The position numbers and the translations under genes were made by a program. From NCBI RefSeq assembly GCF_024521635.1, contig NW_026250403.1:1612001-1676000 (forward strand): a DNA stretch of 64,000 nucleotides. Direction: 5' to 3'. The stretch is from Tricharina praecox (taxonomy: Eukaryota). A model generated the notes under the pieces. It was not told where the DNA came from and made no database searches. It was given only the letters and a program-made list of their open reading frames with translations. Below are positions 15,101 through 28,392 of the stretch, one piece after another; positions within the stretch are counted from its first letter, which is position 1, and the number at the start of each line of letters is the position of its first letter.

Positions 15101-16313
15101 CGGATCCTTCACTCCTGGACTACAGTCTACATACTCCGCCACGAGCGCCAGCAGTCCGCGCTGGTATGTACGTGTGTGCTTGGAGGTTGTATGGCGCCGG
15201 CACGAGAAGCGTTCAGCGCGGAGGACAGCCAGTCCCGGCGGGCCAGGTTCGTTGTGTGGTTCGAGGATGTATGTAGCTGGATGTTTTTCCAAAGATCCGG
15301 CGGTGTCAATACGGTTCTTTTCCCGCTCCATCTTCGCCGTCGACCCAATCCATACTCGTACCTCCGCAGTTCATCGAGATGATATCCTTTACGTTCAATA
15401 CCAGATCATCCTCTGTGCTGCCGCCAGAGCTGCGGGCAGTCTAAGGCCTTACCATCGAGAGGACGTTACGATGAGGATGTGATATGGAATTCCTCAGAAT
15501 CGGCCACGACTGGGTAGGTATGTTGGCAGCCGCAATCCCGTCCAAGGGTCCCGTTCAACTGATCGTGACGAGCGGGGGAAGCGAAGTATCTATCGACGAA
15601 GGGCTGAGACCGTTCTCCAAATTCAGCACAACTTTGTCGGTCGCCCCGCACTGTATGCCGTATCCATAGGGCCCAGATTGGTACATAGGGCAGAAGAGGC
15701 TTGTACCTAGGATCGCTAGGTACGCAAGATACTTCGCTTTTTATGTGGTCCTCGTAGAGAGAGAGAGGAGGAAAACCGATGCCAGCGAGTGATCTTGATG
15801 CGCACTGGTTGCTACCGCTATCACTCGGTCCTGACGCTTCCCTGTGGGCATAAGGGCGGAATACAGGCCTTAGGCTGGCTGGCCCCAGGTGCTTGATAGG
15901 TGCTGTATGGGTGCTCTGGTCTGGTAAAGAGGTGCGCTGTTGCGATGACGAGGTTCATCTGGAGGACCTCATCAAATAGCACATGGATTCTCTCGAACGA
16001 GACTACGCTGGCTTGAATGGATGGACTGATGGGATTGTGCCGGTATGTAGACGAGTAATAGATGACATGATAACCAGACCATTGACCACTATGAGATGCT
16101 TACTGGCTCGCTATCCTAACTACATGTACATACAACGACGAGATTACTGACAGGAAGACTATTGAAGGAGCCCTACTCGTGGTAAAGCGAATTTTGACCC
16201 GGTACCCTGCGCTCATCCGATTCAAATTTATAGTATCTCTATATGTGATGAACGCCCCTCACCGCCAGCCAATACATATGCATAGCCAGCTAGCAACAGG
16301 TCCGGTTTCCAAA

Positions 16314-17396
16314 CTAAGCAGCAGCCGGCTTCTCCGCCCGCTCCGTTCGTCTTTTCCTAGCCTCATTCAGCGCCTCCTTCATCTCCGGATCATTTCTGAT
16401 GCGTTGTTGCACCATCCAGTCCGCCATCTTCCTCTCGACCTCTTTCGTAGCGGCCGGATCCTCCGCAAACGGCTGAAACTCCGTGCCCTGCATGACCAGT
16501 GCCTCCGCCTCGACGATCGCCGACAACTGCAGCACTGCGCTAAGCTTCGTCTCTAAGTCGGGGGGTCTCCGATTCATCGGCGCCAGCTTCGGAGCAAGCT
16601 GGATGAGCCCGTTGAACATCGTCATGACCATCGTCCTCATGAGTGCCACCTGCTCGAACACCAGCAGCGACTTCGCCAGCGGAAATGTTGGCAGCGGCGA
16701 CGACCCAGTGATTAGCAAGAGCTCCAATACCGCCGCCGCAACGATTGTCAGGAATTTCCACCACCGCCCGAAATCAGTCTTCACCATGAAGCCGAGCAGA
16801 ATCTGCGCGCCGAGCCAGAAGCCGTAGTACATGCCAATGTGGACGAGCCCGGCGTTGAAATAGTCGAACGCCGTTGAGTGCTCCGTCGGCTTGAGGAACG
16901 ATGAGTCTGTTACGATCGGGCCGAAGCGGTGGTAGTTGGGCCTCCGCGTCAGGTCTATGAGTGTTTCGTAGGCGAGCTGGAGCTCCAGGAACTGGTCGGC
17001 GCCGGCCTCGCCGACTTTGTCGGGATGGTAGAGGATGGAGAGTTTTCGTTTCCGCGACTTGAGCTCCTGCACGGTGCAGTTGTGCGGGAGTGAGAAGACG
17101 TCATAGAAGTTTGGCGTTTGCGTAATCTTGCAGTACGCGTTGTATATGTTGTAGAGGAGGAAGAGGCCGACGACACCAACGAAGGTGCGGCGGTAGACTT
17201 GCGCATATCGGGGAGTGCCTGGTGTGGGGGGTACATGGCCGCCGAAGAGACGGAACCAGAATGTTATCGCCACGTTCGTTATTAACTTTGCGGATATGTT
17301 AGCTGTCGGCTCGGCCAGAGACCCAAAGGGGAGTATTCCTACGTTGGGGAGAACTTGCCATCCCACGGTGGAGAAGATGGCAAACGTAGTTGACAT
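16314..17396 (-). CDS. Membrane-associated DnaJ (J-domain) protein
   Basis: J-domain NFYDVF...KRKLSILYHPDK...FLELQLAYETL...R..Y.RFG with HPD motif, flanked by hydrophobic segments. Probable in-frame intron ~17286-17342 (GTAGGA...GCTAAC...AAG). Confidence 0.85.
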   Translation of the reverse strand: MSTTFAIFSTVGWQVLPNVGILPFGSLAEPTANISAKLITNVAITFWFRLFGGHVPPTPGTPRYAQVYRRTFVGVVGLFLLYNIYNAYCKITQTPNFYDVFSLPHNCTVQELKSRKRKLSILYHPDKVGEAGADQFLELQLAYETLIDLTRRPNYHRFGPIVTDSSFLKPTEHSTAFDYFNAGLVHIGMYYGFWLGAQILLGFMVKTDFGRWWKFLTIVAAAVLELLLITGSSPLPTFPLAKSLLVFEQVALMRTMVMTMFNGLIQLAPKLAPMNRRPPDLETKLSAVLQLSAIVEAEALVMQGTEFQPFAEDPAATKEVERKMADWMVQQRIRNDPEMKEALNEARKRRTERAEKPAAA

Positions 17397-17492
17397 TATG
17401 GATGGGGTTTGTGTTTGCAGACGTGGAGCTTAATTTCTTCCGTACCTCTGCGAACGGACAAGGGGCTTGAGCTAAACACACCAAGTTTCCAG

Positions 17493-17499
17493 TCACGTG
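17493..17499. promoter_or_regulatory. TCACGTG E-box (Cbf1/bHLH-type) in the ~200-bp divergent DnaJ/RPA43 promoter
   Basis: Motif lies midway between the divergent ATGs at 17396 and 17601. Function is inferred only. Confidence 0.3.
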
Positions 17500-17600
17500 C
17501 GTGCAACCGGTTCAATGTCGCACAGCCAAAAAATTATTCGCAGAAGCTCCCACCACCAGCAACCACACCAACACCAACACCACCCCACGAAGCCGCAACA

Positions 17601-18425
17601 ATGGCCGAAACACTTAAGATCAAAGACAAGTCGAAAAACAAATCGAAAGACAAGTCAAAAAAGCGCAAGCGCCATGCATCACCGTCGGCGCCCGAACTCC
17701 CCAAAAAAGCGCGCATTGAGATCGACCGCAGCAGCAGCAGTGCCGTCGCCGCCGTCGCCAGCCCCGAAACTGCCAACATCCCGTACCGCCTGACCACTAC
17801 ATCGTTGTATCTCTCGCTCGCGCCCAAATACTCGTTCTACCCCGAAAAGACCTTCGCGCACCTCCTCTCGCGCGGCACATCCAGCGAGCAGGCGGCGCAC
17901 CTCCGCTCGCTCTCGCCCATCACCGGTGTCCAGAAACACCATCTGGACCCGCTGCTGATGACGTTCTTTGAGCCCGTCGACGGCGTGATCGTCGGCTACG
18001 ACAATATCCGCTTCGAGAGCGCCGAGGGCCGCATCAATGCCGAGGCGCCGTACCCGCACGTGTGGACGACCGTCGACCTGCTGGTCTGGAGCCCAACCAA
18101 GGGGATGGTGCTGAAGGGTTGGGTCAACCTGCAGAGCGCAAGTCATATCGGTCTGCTCGTCGATAATACTTGGAACGTCAGTATTCCGTTCGCGAGGATA
18201 CCGGAGATGTGGAAGTACAAGGATGCGGCGGCCGGGACCGAGGATGGGATGGAGGTGGATCAGGGTGCCGAGTCGGTGGAGGGCGCATGGGTGGATGAGA
18301 AGGGGGAGAGGATTGAGGGGCTGCTAAAGTTTGTGGTCGAGTCGGTGAAGGGTGGTGGTAGCATTTTCATCATGGAGGGGACGCTGTTGGACCGAGAAAA
18401 GATCGAGAATGCGGTGGTGCCGTGA
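17601..18425 (+). CDS. RPA43: RNA polymerase I subunit A43
   Basis: Lys-rich N-terminus, SLYLSLAP, HLDPLLMTFFEPVDGVIVGYDNI, VWSPTKGMVLKGWVNLQSASHIGLLVDNTWNVSIP (Rpb7/A43 OB fold). ATG in acaATGg context. Confidence 0.85.
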   Translation: MAETLKIKDKSKNKSKDKSKKRKRHASPSAPELPKKARIEIDRSSSSAVAAVASPETANIPYRLTTTSLYLSLAPKYSFYPEKTFAHLLSRGTSSEQAAHLRSLSPITGVQKHHLDPLLMTFFEPVDGVIVGYDNIRFESAEGRINAEAPYPHVWTTVDLLVWSPTKGMVLKGWVNLQSASHIGLLVDNTWNVSIPFARIPEMWKYKDAAAGTEDGMEVDQGAESVEGAWVDEKGERIEGLLKFVVESVKGGGSIFIMEGTLLDREKIENAVVP

Positions 18426-19279
18426 TTTGGCGGGGAAGTAATGATTAAATGTGGGGTTCTTCTGTACACACGGTCTGCATGATCTATTAGCAAAATATCA
18501 TCCATCATATCGGTGAGTGAGACTTGAGAGGGAGAGATTATACTTGAGAGGGAGAGATTATCCTCCGAGCGGATATTGAAGGCAATGATTCACTGGACAT
18601 CACTCGTGAACGTTCTGTTTCTTTGTAGCGTTTATATTGCGGAGTTACTTCTAGAGCCTGCCTAGATCGGAATATAGAGCCGTTTGAAAAAACATATATC
18701 TCTATGTATAGTTGGGGGAAGGCCCGGGGACGAAGTCGCTGCACCGAGCCCGTTAGGTATCGGAACTGCAGGCAGTATTAGAACATCACCATACTATTCT
18801 AGATAGACTGCATGCGATCAATGAAGAAACACATAAAACCCCCCACTCAGAGCCTCAAAGGCAGTGCAAAGTAACCGCAGGAAAAAGCATGATCCAGACT
18901 GCGCGCCTTCTCCGCCAGTCATCGCTCAGCACTCAGTTACTTAGAAAGCCTTTACCCGTTACGATCTGGCCCAAGACAAAGCAAAGATGCGCTACAGGGG
19001 TCAGGGCCGCTAGCTTATCACTGGCACGGCACGCGCCTTCCACGCACGCAACAACACGTCCCTCCGTCGTTCCGCCAACCCCGAAAACAACAAGCCCTTT
19101 TTCTCCGCCTCGCACAAAAAAGCGTCACACAACAACAGCGAATAGCTTCCAGCTGTTTGTCCTTCCGTCCACCTCATTATTTCTTTCTCTTTACGTTCCC
19201 CACCACATCCTTAATTCCACCCACCCAACAACCACTACACCTTACCCACCACCACCACCACACGCGACCAGCCAGCAAA

Positions 19280-19992
19280 ATGTCGACCCAGACCACCGCA
19301 CCCGCGCCCCGCCCCGCCGGCGGCAGTGGCAACGTCACCAAGCGGTTCGCCTCCGCTCCTTTACCCCCCTCTCGCGCCGACCCTACTGACACCCAGCCTT
19401 AGCCTGCAAACGGAGCTGATGCAGCTGATGATGTCGTCGACGCCGGGGATCAGCGCGTTCCCCCGCGACGGCAACGACCTCCTGCACTGGACGGCAACGA
19501 TTAATGGGCCCGAGGGCACGCCGTACGACGGGCTCAAGTTCAAGCTCTCGCTCGAGTTCCCCACAAACTACCCCATGGTCGCCCCCACCGTGCTGTTCAC
19601 TACCCCCATGTTCCACCCCAACGTTGACATGTCTGGAAGGATCTGTTTGGATATTCTCAAGGTGCGCTACCACGCCGGGGAGATGGTCTGATGTGCGTGA
19701 GGAGAGGGGAGAGGGAGTGGGGAGAGATGCTGATGGATATGCGCCGCACAGGAGAAATGGTCTGCGGTCTACAACATCCAGAGCATCCTGCTGAGCTTGC
19801 AGTCGCTCCTGGGGGAGCCGAACAAGTACGTAACGTTTCCGCACCGCCCCTACCTCCGCTACCTCGAGTCGACCCCACTGACACCCGACCAGCAAGTCGC
19901 CGCTCAACGGCCAGGCCGCAGACCTGTGGGACAAGGACCCGGCTGAGTACAAGCGGCTGCTGATGCTGCGTCATCGCGAGGCCGAGGAGTAA
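19280..19992 (+). CDS. UBE2C: Ubiquitin-conjugating enzyme E2, UbcH10/UBE2C (Ubc11) type, 4 exons
   Basis: Spliced [24 protein letters not shown]...[54 protein letters not shown]. Catalytic Cys present. Confidence 0.9.
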
Positions 19993-21145
19993 ACACCACC
20001 ACTACTACCTAGCCCTCTCGTGCCACTGAACTGAACTGAACTCGTCAAAACAACCCTTGAGTCTTGTGCGTGCGTGTTTGTGTGTCTGTGTGTGTCTGTG
20101 TGTGTCTTTGTGTGTCCGGTTTGGTCTGGATATACCTAGTAATTGGAATCGGGGGTTTTTGGGGCGTTTCTTCTTCTTCTTCTCTTTTCTTTCCTCCCCC
20201 GTTGTTGTTTCTCTCCCGTTTCGTTGCGTTGTCGGATTGCGTTCTGTCTGCCCCGTTTTACTGGCCGGTGGGTGGGTGGGTGCATACCCAGCTGTGTATT
20301 GTCAAGTGAGCCAAACAATGTCTGTCTTTCTAGTACATTTGCTTCTCTTTTTCTGCTTCTTTTTCTTTGTTTTTAGTTCCGGCTTTTGTTCACGTATTAT
20401 GGATGGGATGGCATGGGATAGGATTGGATGGGATGGGAACGGTATCACGAGTAAGTTGATGAATCATGTAGCCACATATATTTGCCCATATACCAATTGG
20501 CAGCTCATAGAGAGAGAGAACATCAATTTATTGTCGCATGCAGCCTTACTAGACTGTGGCGACCACCAACTTCCCAACCCTTCCTGCCAGCTCCGCGGGG
20601 TCGAGAGAAAGCTCTACCACCACGGCCCGATGCTGCGCCGCTGGAATTGGCGGCTCATCACAGTCAGTTTCTTTCAAGTTCACAAGATCACCAGGAAGAG
20701 CTCGAGTGATGCCGGACCATGTATTTGTATTTGTATTTGTATTGTATTGTATATCGCGGCTTTTGAACACCGTTCCGTTCTTCCCCTATTATGATAACAG
20801 ACAAAAAGAGAAAGAGAAACATCAACGATTGAGATAGGTAGGAAGAAGAGTAGGGAGAAGACTAGGAAGAAGAAGAAGAAGAAAAAGCTATGCACAGTGT
20901 AGTTGTGAGGTAGGAGGGAACCCTCCTAGACATCGTTCCCCAGTGGGGTGAAGAAAGGCAAACGGAAATGGGCTCAAACAATTAGAGCCAGTCAAGCACA
21001 GCAAACGCCACCACACCCCACCTAGTAAAACCAGACCGGACCAAACCCATAGGAAAATAAAGAAAGAAGAAAGAGAAAGAGAAACGAAAAAAAAAGTAAA
21101 GCTAATAGTACAGGTATACAAATCTCATCCCCCCCCTCCTCTTTT

Positions 21146-22041
21146 CTATACCGCGATTCCCGCGGGGGACATCTGGAGGGTTGGGATGACGGGGACTGGA
21201 TTGTCAGCGGGCGTGTCGAGCAGCATCTTATCCTCGTTTGGGCTTGCCTCGGTAGTAACCGACGCGTTCTCGGAGACCGAGAGGGCGGCAGAGGCCGTGC
21301 CGTTTTCGTCTATCTGCTGCTGCTGCTTCGGTGCCGCCCAGGTGGGAACGGTCCACTGGATGCCAGTGAACGACTTTAGCTGGAAGCCGGCCTTAGTCCA
21401 CCGCTTGCACGGCTTGCCGCTGCGGTCGAGCGCGCGCAGCTTGTCGTTGATCGCGCCGGTGTTTGCCTTCGGGCCGAGCTTGGAGCCCGCAACGGAGAGG
21501 AGGTTGGCCGGGGCGCTCGGGTCGCTGCTGGCGGGTCAGTTGAGGTTTGTGAAAGGGAGTGGAGGGGGGGAACGTACAGCTTCGCCTTCTTGCGGCCGGG
21601 CTTTAGCGGCGCGACACCGGAGGTTCTTGAGCGCTTTACGCCAGGCTTGGGCCCGGGCACGCCCTTGCGTTTCGTGCCCGGGGTGAGGGTCTCGGCGGCG
21701 GCAGAGTCGGGCTGCGGCGACGGCTCGGAGCCGGTCGGTGTGGCGACCGCGGTGACGGGCTCGGCGGGAGCGGGCTTGATGACGCTCGACAAATTTTCTC
21801 CCGACACCTTGAGCTTGATGATCAGAGAGGGCCTCTCTGTTTTCGGCTTTGGACCAGGCTTCTTGCGCTGGCGACTAGCGGATGACAGCTGTGGGGGGGC
21901 AGCCATGGTGCTTGAGGATGGGGATGGAGAGAGGGAGCCCGAGGAGGAAGATGTGTTGGCGGTGGTGTTTGCCATAGTGGTGTTGGCTGTGGTAGTGTTG
22001 GCCGTAGGGGTGGAGGAGGTGGTGGGTTTTGTTGTAACCAT
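21146..22041 (-). CDS. IES4: INO80 complex subunit Ies4-like (DUF1711), 2 exons
   Basis: IIKLKVS, KRKGVPGPKPG, then after the intron KLGPKANTGAINDKLRALDRSGKPCKRWTKAGFQLKSFTGIQWTVPTW. The start codon is uncertain (several Met). Confidence 0.8.
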
Positions 22042-25000
22042 TGTGTTGTGTGGGAGGTTGTGAGGTTGTGGTGAGGAGGATGGAGTTTTCGTTCGAGACG
22101 GGGGTTTTGTTGCGAGGTTGAGTTTGTTGTTTGCTTTGTTGGTAACTCTACTTAGGGGGCGAGAATTTGTGTTGGTTGGTTGGGGAGGGAGGGGGGGGAC
22201 TTGAAGAGGGTGGTGGTTGTTGTGAGGGTTTGGAAAGCAAGTGGATTGTGTTGTGTGGATCCGCGTAGTATTTGTACCGGGACGCGGCTGGTATTACGGT
22301 TGCGGTGGGAATAGCGGGTAGTATCCGCAAGTGGTGATGATGTTTCAGGGAGGATCGTCGAGGTGGTGTTTAGTTTTCTTCTACGCGACGGTGATGGTGG
22401 TGGTGATGTTGGTTGTGGAGGTGAGGTTATTATGGAAGGGGGAGGGAGAGGAAGAAGAACACTTCCAGATGGGGGTGGCATTTTTATTTTTCTTTCCCTT
22501 GCCTCCACGGGGGGGCGGCGATAGAAATTTGGGGAAGGGGAAGGGTAGATGATTTGGGGCGTGGGTGTTAAAGCCAAAAATTCGGTGGTGAAGGGCTGGC
22601 TGGCTGGCTGGTGGGCGGATGTGGGCTGGGTTTGGGGTGGTGGGAGACGAGAAGCAGTAAGTAGAGTAGAGTTGAGGAGGAGTTTCGGCTGTGTGGGAGA
22701 GCAGCGAGCGTGTGTCAGCCCGGCCGGGGAGGGGACGGCAAAGGCCAGGCCGCATCGGGCAATCGAGCGTGCGATTCCATTAAAGGCGATATTAAAATGC
22801 ACATAATTTAATCGTTTATTAATAATGCGGGCGCATTTAGTTGATTGGGGCATTTGTCGCGGCGGCAGCAGCAGGGCGGAACGACGCAGCGCGACACCGA
22901 CGAGCGGGTGTGGGGGAAAGAGAGGCTATCCCCGCAGACGAGCGGGGAAGGGTCGGTCAGAGAGAGAGAGTGTGTCCGTCCGGTCGAGCACACGGCGGCA
23001 GGCGGGCTTGCGGCGATGCTGACGAGAGCATCCGGACGACGAACACAGGCCGACGACGGTTTTCTTCAGCGACTTTCTCCCTCCCTCCCCCGTTCACTCT
23101 CGCCGACGGAATCGGGTTCCTCATGCGATCACTGCTCACACAATCACGCATCATCCTGCTTTTGCGGCATTTAAGATACCGGCGTCGCGCAATTCCGCAT
23201 CGCAGTCATCATCATCACCACCGTTATCGTCGCTACTCTATCGGTGTCGCGGCGGTCGGTCCGTCGGTCGCCCGGCGGCAGAGCATGACCGAACGAGATG
23301 CTTCGCGGTGCGAATACCTACAGTCCCAGGACAGTCCGGTACCTTGCAGATGGGTACTTCTGGAACGGCGCCGCAAGACTGCACTGTGCGCACACGAGAA
23401 TGCAGTAGCTGGCTGGCCGAGGGAGGGGCAGGCGAGGTGGTTGGTTGGCGGTGATGCTGCCTGCAGAAACCAGTCACCGCGGAGATGAAGCTAGAGAACA
23501 AAACACCCATCGCTCGGAAGAGAAATGCACCTTCTCTTCCAGGTGCTCGAGTGTGTCCAGTGGAGGAGAAAGAAGAAAAAAGAAGCCGGATCGATCGTGC
23601 CAACTACCTGCTCGACTCTAGCCACATGTTTCCTCTCTTACTTGCTTCACTCACAGCCTGGCACGTGCCATCCGAATTCCTGCATTCTCCTCTCCGCCCA
23701 GCACTGTCCTGTGGCCTGCAGACAACCGATGATGACGAACGTGTACCAGCACACTTGCCGCGCCGGGGATTTGTTTTCTAGCTTGCGTTCGTCCGCAGGC
23801 TTCGGATAGGATTGACTAATCCACGGTATTCGACGAGCGGAGAAAAAGAGAAAATAAAACAGGTCACGAAGAAATTTCTTTTCGCGCTCGTGCCCGTGAA
23901 CATCGCTAACTTTACCATGGCGACCTTCTCCCGTGACGCGCGAGGTGGGCTTACCATGACGAGCTGCAGCGCATGGGCCGATGCCCTGCGCGCACACACA
24001 CCGACCGAACAAAGTGCAGAACTCATCAGGAAAGCCGAGTCAGCGAACCCACGGAACGGCAACACGAAGGGACTGGATGGCGATTCGAATCGGCACGATG
24101 TTACTCACTGGATATCACCCACTCCACGCACGTGAGAACTTTACGCGTGGATTCGACTGAGATGGAAAGCAAAGAGGTCGACTCGCGGTCACGGGGCGTG
24201 GGGGTGGGGTGCGATGCAGTGCACGGACTCCCGCCCCCACACTTGGCTTGGCAGGTACTGTGCTGTTCTCCATCCCATCGTCTCCGGCGGTGCGAGGAGC
24301 GATGACTGTCGGATGGCACTGGGGAGGACCAAACAGCGAACTAGGGTGCTGATGTGGGACTTGGGAAGTGCGGGTTCCATTTTTTGGACGATTGCGAGTG
24401 ATATTCCGTGACCATGATTGAGTGGCCGAGAGACAAGAGGGACACAGATTATTTTTCTTCAGTTGGCCTAATGAAAAGAAGAGGGGGGGGTTAAAGTGCT
24501 GTCGAGCTTGACAAACAATGGTTTTCCGCATAATGCAGGTCTGGGGATAAACTTTTGCTCCATGCATCTGACATGTAATATCGACTCGCCGAGCCTATAT
24601 GACCAAGAGAAGTTGTTCTTGTTGTCGATCTGATTGCATCGGTGGCTGTCTAAAAGTCGGCGAGCCCAGATATTATATAGCCCAACCAGGACTATGTCGC
24701 CCAGTCATCCCCGAGAACCCCTTCTCCCACCGCCACCACAGCCACACGTGATTGCACCCCACTCCACAATTGCAACAAAGGAGTCACCCCGGCGCCATCG
24801 AAAGGTCCTAACCACGCCCGGGTCAATGTAGCTTCTTTCGTATTAGCCGATTGCAACATGATTGTTCCGGCGACGAAGAAACAGTCTGCCCCTACAAAGG
24901 CCCGGAGTTGGTCTGAGATCATTAATTTTGCAATCTCTGCTTCGAAGAGTATCCGATGAAGAGGGGAGTTTCGGATATGCAGCTTTTGATTACCGTAGTT

Positions 25001-25883
25001 TGTGTGCCGCATGACACTCGTGTTGGTTGACGCCAATGTGTGATATAGTTCGCACTTCCAGCTTACAACTCTTTCGGATTGTGCTTGACATCAAAGCCCC
25101 TTCCGGACCAAACATGAGTGCTGCCGGTTGCTCTTTCTTTTCTGTTTGTCCTTGTAATGTAGAGGAAATCTCCGCTTTTGCCCCGGCACGCCTTCCGGAT
25201 TTGCCCTCACGCTCCCACCCGAACCGGCATCTGCCGATAATCAGGAACGGTCCAGATCACGAGATATCCGCACGACTGTAAACCGCGCCCGCCGTGTTCG
25301 GCAGCAAGATACTATACATGCAGTTGTATAGTTTGAGCGGGATGAGACGGTGAAGCGATGGAATGAGCTTCCTCTCATTTTTGACTTGCGGCGGAATCAC
25401 CAGGGAAACACCGTCTAAACAGCCGTGATATATAGAAAAGAACTCGAGCCCCAGACACCGTGGACATCACATATCATCACTCGTCAAATTGGATTCACGT
25501 GCTACGTGCCAAGAATCTGTGTTACCCCAGACCCAGAGCACCTATGGCATCCTCACTACTTCGCCGGCTGAACCGCTCAACCCAACTCAACCAACACACA
25601 ACACCCAGCTTTCCCTCATCCATCCATCAAACCCCGGTCATTACACTTCCGCCGCACCGCACCGCGCTTTCGTCAGCAGGTTAAGGTATCGCCAACCCAA
25701 CCCCACTATCGATCGGTTACTCCCCCAACTTGGAGCTCCCCCAAAGAAGTCGCTCACAGATCCTCCCCACAGCACCCACACAAGTACCCCGTGTACTTGC
25801 TGTGTGGCCTTCTTGCTTTTTGCAGTACCTTTTTCATATGACAAACTCGGGCCCCGTTTCTACCTGCCCCAGCAATAGCAACA

Positions 25884-28025
25884 ATGTCGACCAGACGCCC
25901 CCCCATCTCGTCCCAAAGCTCGTCCTACGCCGCCGTACTAGCCGGCCAAGCTCGACAACAGTCGCCGCAATCGGCAGCTTCGGGGAACGGGTTCGATAGT
26001 CGCAACTCGTCCAACTACCTTTCACATTCCAGCGGCGGACTCGGCCCGGACGGCCAGCAGCGGGCGGCCACTGTGCCAAGCTACCTTGCCGAGTCGGCGT
26101 TCGCGGAGCGGCTGGCGTCGAAGCTATCTACTGCTTTTAATCCTCCGCCCACGAGCGCGCTGGGTTCGTCGTCGTCGACGTCATTGGGAAAGAAACCGCA
26201 GGCTCATCGCGGGCTGGCGTTCGAGGTGACGGAACACGCCCCAGGAGGAGGAGACGATCTCACCAATTACTACCTTCCGAGCCGCTGGAACGAGGGCGAT
26301 AAGTCGCAGTCGATCGAGCTGTTGAGCAATGGGATGGAAGCCAGATTTACCGGTCGGTTGTTTTCGGAGCTGTTTGCGTGTGTGCTTGCGTGCATGCGTG
26401 TGTGTGGGTAGTACTCACGCCTTGTAGGTCCTGCAAAGGTTAGCGAGAGCGACGCCGCCGCCGTTCGCGCCGACCGACCAATGCCCCCGCAATGTGGGTT
26501 GTTCTACTATGAAGCGACGATCGTCTCGGGAGGGAAGGAAGGGTGAGCTACAGCTCCAAACCAAGAACTCCTGCGGCATATATGCTGAGTCTCCGCGCAG
26601 ATTGATAGGCATTGGGTTCTGTACGGAGAAAGTGTCGCTCAGTAAATTGCCCGGATGGGAGCAAGAGTCGTGGGGCTACCATGGCGACGACGGGAACATC
26701 TTCTGCTGCCAAGGCACACGCAAACAATATGGTCCCAAATTCAACACGGATGATATCATCGGCTGCGGGGTGAACTTCCGGAATAACACCGCCTTCTTCA
26801 CGCGAAACGGCCACCACCTCGGCGTCGCGTGTCGAGACATCAACAAGGGGAAGCTATACCCAGTCGTGGGCATGAAGAAGGCGGGCGAGCACATCCAAGT
26901 GAATTTCGGCCAAAAGGGCTTCTTCTTTGATATCGATCGCTACATGAGGGTATGGGCTGAAGGTTGACCTGGCAGAAGTGCTTGTTTTTGGTCATCTTGC
27001 CTAACGGTGGACACAGGAGGAGAAAGCCAAAACGTACGAAGAGATCAATCGACATCCCATCGAGCGGCTATGCCCCCCCTTAGACGAGACGGCGTTAATC
27101 CAGGCATTGGTCTCACAATATCTCGCTCACGATGGCTACGTCGATACCGCCAGAGCGTTTGCCGAAGATGTCCAGAACGAGTCGAGGGCACTAGACTCCA
27201 ATTCGGGGAGACTGGGCATGAGCTGCTTGGATCCAAAGGGGGATGCCGACGCAGTAAACAGACAAAGTATCACTGCCTTCAATCTCCACTGCTTCCCGAT
27301 TTTGAGGGCTAAAATGTGCAATAGAGATAAGGACGGCTATCTTGCAGGGCGATGTTGACCGAGCCTTGAAACTCACCAATGTGTACTATCCGGGTGTGCT
27401 CAAGGACAACGAGCTGCTGTACTTCCGTCTCCGTCGACGAAAACTCGTCGAGATGATCAGGAAGGTGGCCGAGACCGAACACGAGGATAGCTACAGTAGG
27501 AGCAACTTCAACAATGGGAGCCACGACGACTATGACCACATCATGGACATCGACGATCCGGTGAACACAGGAACAGGATGGGAGAAATTAGATATGGACG
27601 AGGAGGAGACGAATCGTTTGAAACACGTCAAGAAAGGACTGGACGCAGCAGTCGAGTATGGACAACAGTTACGCGTTGAGTTCTCGTCCGACACCAGACC
27701 GGAAATTAAGAAGCCACTAGAGGAGGCATTCAGTCTGCTTGCATATACGGACCCTAGGAGCTCGGTGCTGGCGCACCTGTTGGATGAAGACGGAAGGATC
27801 GCCGATGGTGAGGAGCTGAACTCGGCAATCCTGGGTATGTTACCGATTTCTACATCTGATGTTTTTGTAGACTGACGGCGGGTAGTATCCTTGGGCAAAA
27901 GTTCAGCGGCGGCACTGGAGCGGCTCGTGAAGCAATCCAGCGTTCTCATCCAAGACATCAGCGAAGAGGGAGGACCTGGGGCGTTTGTGAACCTGCGCAA
28001 CGATTACCTCAGGGATACGTATTAA
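25884..28025 (+). CDS. RanBPM/RanBP9-10-like SPRY-LisH-CTLH-CRA protein (GID/CTLH E3 complex), multi-exon
   Basis: LPSRWNEGDK; SPRY IGIGF...LPGWEQESWGYHGDDG...IGCGVNF...FFTRNG...LYPVVG...VNFGQ; LisH LVSQYLAHDGYVDTARAF; CTLH GDVDRAL; CRA EAFSLLAYTDP...EELNSAIL|VSLG. Confidence 0.9.
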
Positions 28026-28392
28026 TGCTGTAGTTGTACCAATTGTTCCCACTTTGTTAATGGCTATTCCCTTCACTATTTCTTTGGCATTCTCGGGGAG
28101 TGTATTCGGATTTTGAGTATTTTTGTTTGCGCCTATCTGATCTTTCTCTCTGTTCTCTCCTTTCATCGTTCATGATTGCGTTTTGTGGGACGAGTATGAA
28201 GTATGGACCATGAGATCCTGTTTTCTCGTGTCGTCTCGCCCTGTTTTGTCTCATGTCTTGTCTTGCCTCTCTGCTACTAGCTGCTGTCTCTTCTGCTGGG
28301 ACATTTTTTCGGGGGGCTTAGTTATCAAAACTGTTCTCTTCTCATCACGTCATCAATATCGTACATATCGTGCCATATGCTAGGTATATCAA

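Noticed and set aside
18522..18561. Perfect 20-bp tandem duplication as a transposon footprint
   Set aside because: Real, but indistinguishable from simple slippage.
20057..20794. 245-aa Cys/Phe-rich ORF
   Set aside because: Microsatellite-rich 3' UTR region between convergent genes.
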